Shown here: positions 61,457-64,000 of the stretch, in pieces
Position numbering within the stretch: position 1 is the first letter of the stretch
Layout of the letters: each line of letters opens with the position of its first letter
DNA from: an uncultured Terracidiphilus sp.
Lineage (GTDB): Bacteria > Acidobacteriota > Terriglobia > Terriglobales > Acidobacteriaceae
Length of the DNA stretch: 64,000 nt
Assembly: GCA_964460385.1 (NCBI GenBank)
Contig: CAYWSR010000001.1
Location: forward strand, 381 to 64,380
Direction of reading: 5' to 3'
Notes under the pieces: model-generated
Database searches by the model: none
What the model was told of the DNA's origin: nothing
What the model saw: only the letters and a program-made list of their open reading frames with translations
Position numbers and translations under genes: made by a program

Positions 61457-62314
61457 GTGACCGCGAAGCAAGCTGAAAAGATTATCGATATCTCGATTGC
61501 CCATAGTCCCGACTCCGACGATGCGTTCATGTTTTACGGCCTGGCGACGAACAAAGTGCGCGTGCCGGGCTTTCGGTTCAATCACACGCTGTGCGACATT
61601 GAGACGCTGAATCAGAAGGCGCGGGACGAAGCGTTTTACGACGTGACGGCGATCAGCTTTCACGCCTATCCCTACGTGCAGCACAGCTACACGCTGATGG
61701 GATGCGGCGGGAGCGTGGGCGAGGGCTACGGGCCGATGGTGGTCTCGTCGCGGGAGCTGGCGCCGGAGGACCTGAAACGCGTGAAGATCGCGGTTCCGGG
61801 AACGATGACGACGGCCTACCTGGCGCTGAAGATTTTCAACCCGGAGCTGGAGACGGTGACTGTGCCGTTCGACAAGATCATTCCTGAGATTCAGGCGGGG
61901 AACTTCGAAGCTGGGCTGATCATTCACGAAGGGCAACTGACCTACTCCGCCAGCGGACTGCAAAAGGTGGTGGACCTGGGCGTGTGGTGGCGCGAGGCAA
62001 CGGGACTGGTGCTGCCGCTGGGCGGCAATGCGGTGCGGCGGTCGCTGGGCAAGGAAACGCTGCAGTTGGTGACCAAGGCGGTACGCGACAGCATTCAGCA
62101 CGCGCTCGACAACCGCGAGGCCGCGCTGGAATATGCGATGCAGTTCGCGCGGGACCTGGACCCGCGGCTGGCAAACCGCTTCGTGAGCATGTATGTGAAC
62201 GAGCGGACGCTGGACTACGGAGCGGACGGGCGGCAGGCAATTCGCAAGCTGCTTGATCTGGGCCACGAGCGGGGAATCATTCCGATTGCGCCGCTGGTTG
62301 ATTTTGTGGACTAG
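61457..62314 (+). CDS. mqnD: MqnD-type 1,4-dihydroxy-6-naphthoate synthase (futalosine pathway)
   Basis: HSPDSDDAFMF, DIETLN, GEGYGP, LIIHEGQLTY, LPLGG, MYVN. Confidence 0.8.
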   Translation: MTAKQAEKIIDISIAHSPDSDDAFMFYGLATNKVRVPGFRFNHTLCDIETLNQKARDEAFYDVTAISFHAYPYVQHSYTLMGCGGSVGEGYGPMVVSSRELAPEDLKRVKIAVPGTMTTAYLALKIFNPELETVTVPFDKIIPEIQAGNFEAGLIIHEGQLTYSASGLQKVVDLGVWWREATGLVLPLGGNAVRRSLGKETLQLVTKAVRDSIQHALDNREAALEYAMQFARDLDPRLANRFVSMYVNERTLDYGADGRQAIRKLLDLGHERGIIPIAPLVDFVD

Positions 62315-62520
62315 CAGCCGAAAACGCCAGACTGGGCTAAATCAGGGCCTGTTTACACTTCCCTTGCGGGCAGCATGAACAGGCCCTGATTACGTTGGTG
62401 CAAGTCTTACCTTGGCGTCGTTGCGTCGCGCGCTCGTCACTCAAATGTTCTGAGATCGCTCGATCCGTCCCTAAACATTTCCTAATCTCCGCCGATGCAC
62501 CTTGCACGGAGATTTCCCGC

Positions 62521-63528
62521 ATGCTGACTGAGCCACCCCCTGACTTCCTTCTTGCGTCTCCGGACGCGGCGCTTTTGACGGTTCTCGATCCCGTGCTTCG
62601 TGCTGTCGGGTCACGGGTCCAGATTGCCCTCACGCCGGAGGCAGCGCTGCGCGCGCTGACCAGGCACGATCCACCGGCGATGGCGCTCGTGGATGCGCGG
62701 CTGGCCGACCAGGAGCCCCCCTCCGATATTTGCGATCTGCTGGTTGCCGTCCGCACGCAGGTTGGCCGGCAGCGCCTGTCGATGGTGCTGATTTCCAATG
62801 AGGCGGGCGAGCGCGAGGCCGGGTTCCTCGACTCCGGGCTGGTTGAGGATATTTTGCCGCGGGCAATGGACGCCGCGTGGTGGCCCCTATGGATCGAAAG
62901 GTCGCTGCGGGTGCGAAGGCAGTCGCAGGAGCTGGAGGCTCTGCGCGAGGCCTCGCGGCGCAACCTGCAGATGGACCACCTGACCGGCATCTACAACCGC
63001 GAAACGCTGATGGCGGTGCTGTTTCGCGAGACCGATCGCGTACAGCGGATGAGGAGTTCGCTGGCGTTGATCCTTTTTGACATCGACGACTTTGGCCACT
63101 GGAACTCGCGGCTGGGAGCGGAAGTCTGCGACGATCTGCTTCGCCAGGTGGTGGCGCGGACCAGCCGCATGTTGCGCAGCTACGACGTCTTTGGACGGCC
63201 GGGCAAGGATGAGTTTCTTGTCGCCCTGCCCGGGTGCACGCAGGCGCAGGCCGCGGGGATGGCCGAACGGCTGCGCGGAATCTTCAGCACACCCTTTGAC
63301 GTTTGCGGCAAGGCGATTCGGCTTTCTGCCTGCTTCGGAATTGCCATCAGCCTTGGGCGATCGCCGGTAGTTGTACTGCGCGAAGCAGAACAGGCGGTGG
63401 CATGTGCGCGGACGGCCGGGCCGGAGGCAATTCACTGGTTCGAGGATCCGCAGCCAACTCCGTTCGACCTGATTCCGGCGCGCCTGCTTGCAGCAGGGGA
63501 CGAGGACGCAGGACTGATGGAGGAGTGA
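62521..63528 (+). CDS. Receiver-like + GGDEF domain protein (degenerate GKDEF)
   Basis: DHLTGIYNR, DIDDF, RSYD..GRPGKDEF. Confidence 0.85.
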   Translation: MLTEPPPDFLLASPDAALLTVLDPVLRAVGSRVQIALTPEAALRALTRHDPPAMALVDARLADQEPPSDICDLLVAVRTQVGRQRLSMVLISNEAGEREAGFLDSGLVEDILPRAMDAAWWPLWIERSLRVRRQSQELEALREASRRNLQMDHLTGIYNRETLMAVLFRETDRVQRMRSSLALILFDIDDFGHWNSRLGAEVCDDLLRQVVARTSRMLRSYDVFGRPGKDEFLVALPGCTQAQAAGMAERLRGIFSTPFDVCGKAIRLSACFGIAISLGRSPVVVLREAEQAVACARTAGPEAIHWFEDPQPTPFDLIPARLLAAGDEDAGLMEE

Positions 63529-63547
63529 GGCGGCTGGAGCGAGTCTC

Positions 63548-63603
63548 CGGGTACCCCATCCTTTCCGCGGCTTTTCGAAGAAAAAATGCGGAATGGGTGG
63601 GAT
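63548..63603 (+). repeat. REP-like palindromic element
   Basis: CGGGTACCCCATCCTTTCCGC..GCGGAATGGGTGGGAT. Confidence 0.75.
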
Positions 63604-63727
63604 GCGACGTCAAATCCTTGCGCCGGATCAATGCGGGGAAGGTTGCGCCGGTTCGCTGCTCTTCCGCAAACCGTAATTACGCGGCGCCCCGTACAATAAA
63701 GAAGCAAGCCCCGTTTGCCGCTGAACA

Positions 63728-64000
63728 ATGCCAGACCAAAACCAGGAAAAAAAGCCGGCGAAACTTGTGCCGCAAAAGCGCGACGAGGACCCGGTCGGCA
63801 AGGTCTACGACTCGCGGCTGATGCAGCGACTGGGCCACTATGTGCGGCCCTATTGGATTCAGGCGACGATCTCTACGCTCGCGGTCAGTCTCAAGTCGAT
63901 GTCGGACGTGACCGGACCGTACCTGGTGAAGGTGGCCATCGATCGCTACCTGACTGGGGTTCCAAGTTCGGCCACCAACTGGCTCACGCGCCGCCTGCCA
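63728..64000 (+). CDS. ABC exporter permease/ATP-binding protein, N-terminus (runs off window)
   Basis: DEDPVGKVYDSRLMQRLGHYVRPY..GPYLVKVAIDRY. Confidence 0.75.
   Translation, partial: MPDQNQEKKPAKLVPQKRDEDPVGKVYDSRLMQRLGHYVRPYWIQATISTLAVSLKSMSDVTGPYLVKVAIDRYLTGVPSSATNWLTRRLP

Overview
High-GC bacterial chromosome segment. Its gene content (TIGR03435 proteins, tandem DUF507, YXWGXW proteins, Hfq-like protein, S53/Ig surface proteins, futalosine-pathway MqnD, GGGTGCCCCATCC-type REP elements) points to Acidobacteriota; this assignment is an inference. Housekeeping genes (recJ, tmk, holB, tsaC/sua5, secA, ftsB, pgm/pmm, cutA, bioY, mqnD, tRNA-Glu) alternate with small accessory cassettes. The left end has a sulfur module (cysteine desulfurase plus two YeeE/YedE-type genes), a chimeric tRNA-Asn-like element and a minimal P4-type integrase/AlpA island at tRNA-Glu(CTC). 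Main observations: (1) Two cassettes are each bracketed by a diverged second copy of the 3' end of the neighbouring gene (secA SEC-C tail; zinc-ribbon gene), differing almost only at synonymous sites. A third cassette is bracketed by a duplicated promoter/operator. Together these suggest repeated integrase-free gene capture. (2) secA is out of frame with its SEC-C motif exactly at one such repeat boundary. (3) A membrane-targeted small ORF ending FQRPPP lies upstream of secA and is a candidate SecM-like arrest peptide. (4) An RcnR-fingerprint repressor has three operators covering a porin, an unannotated 57-aa Cys peptide and a persulfide dioxygenase-rhodanese fusion. Family assignments come from motif recognition by eye; no database searches were run.
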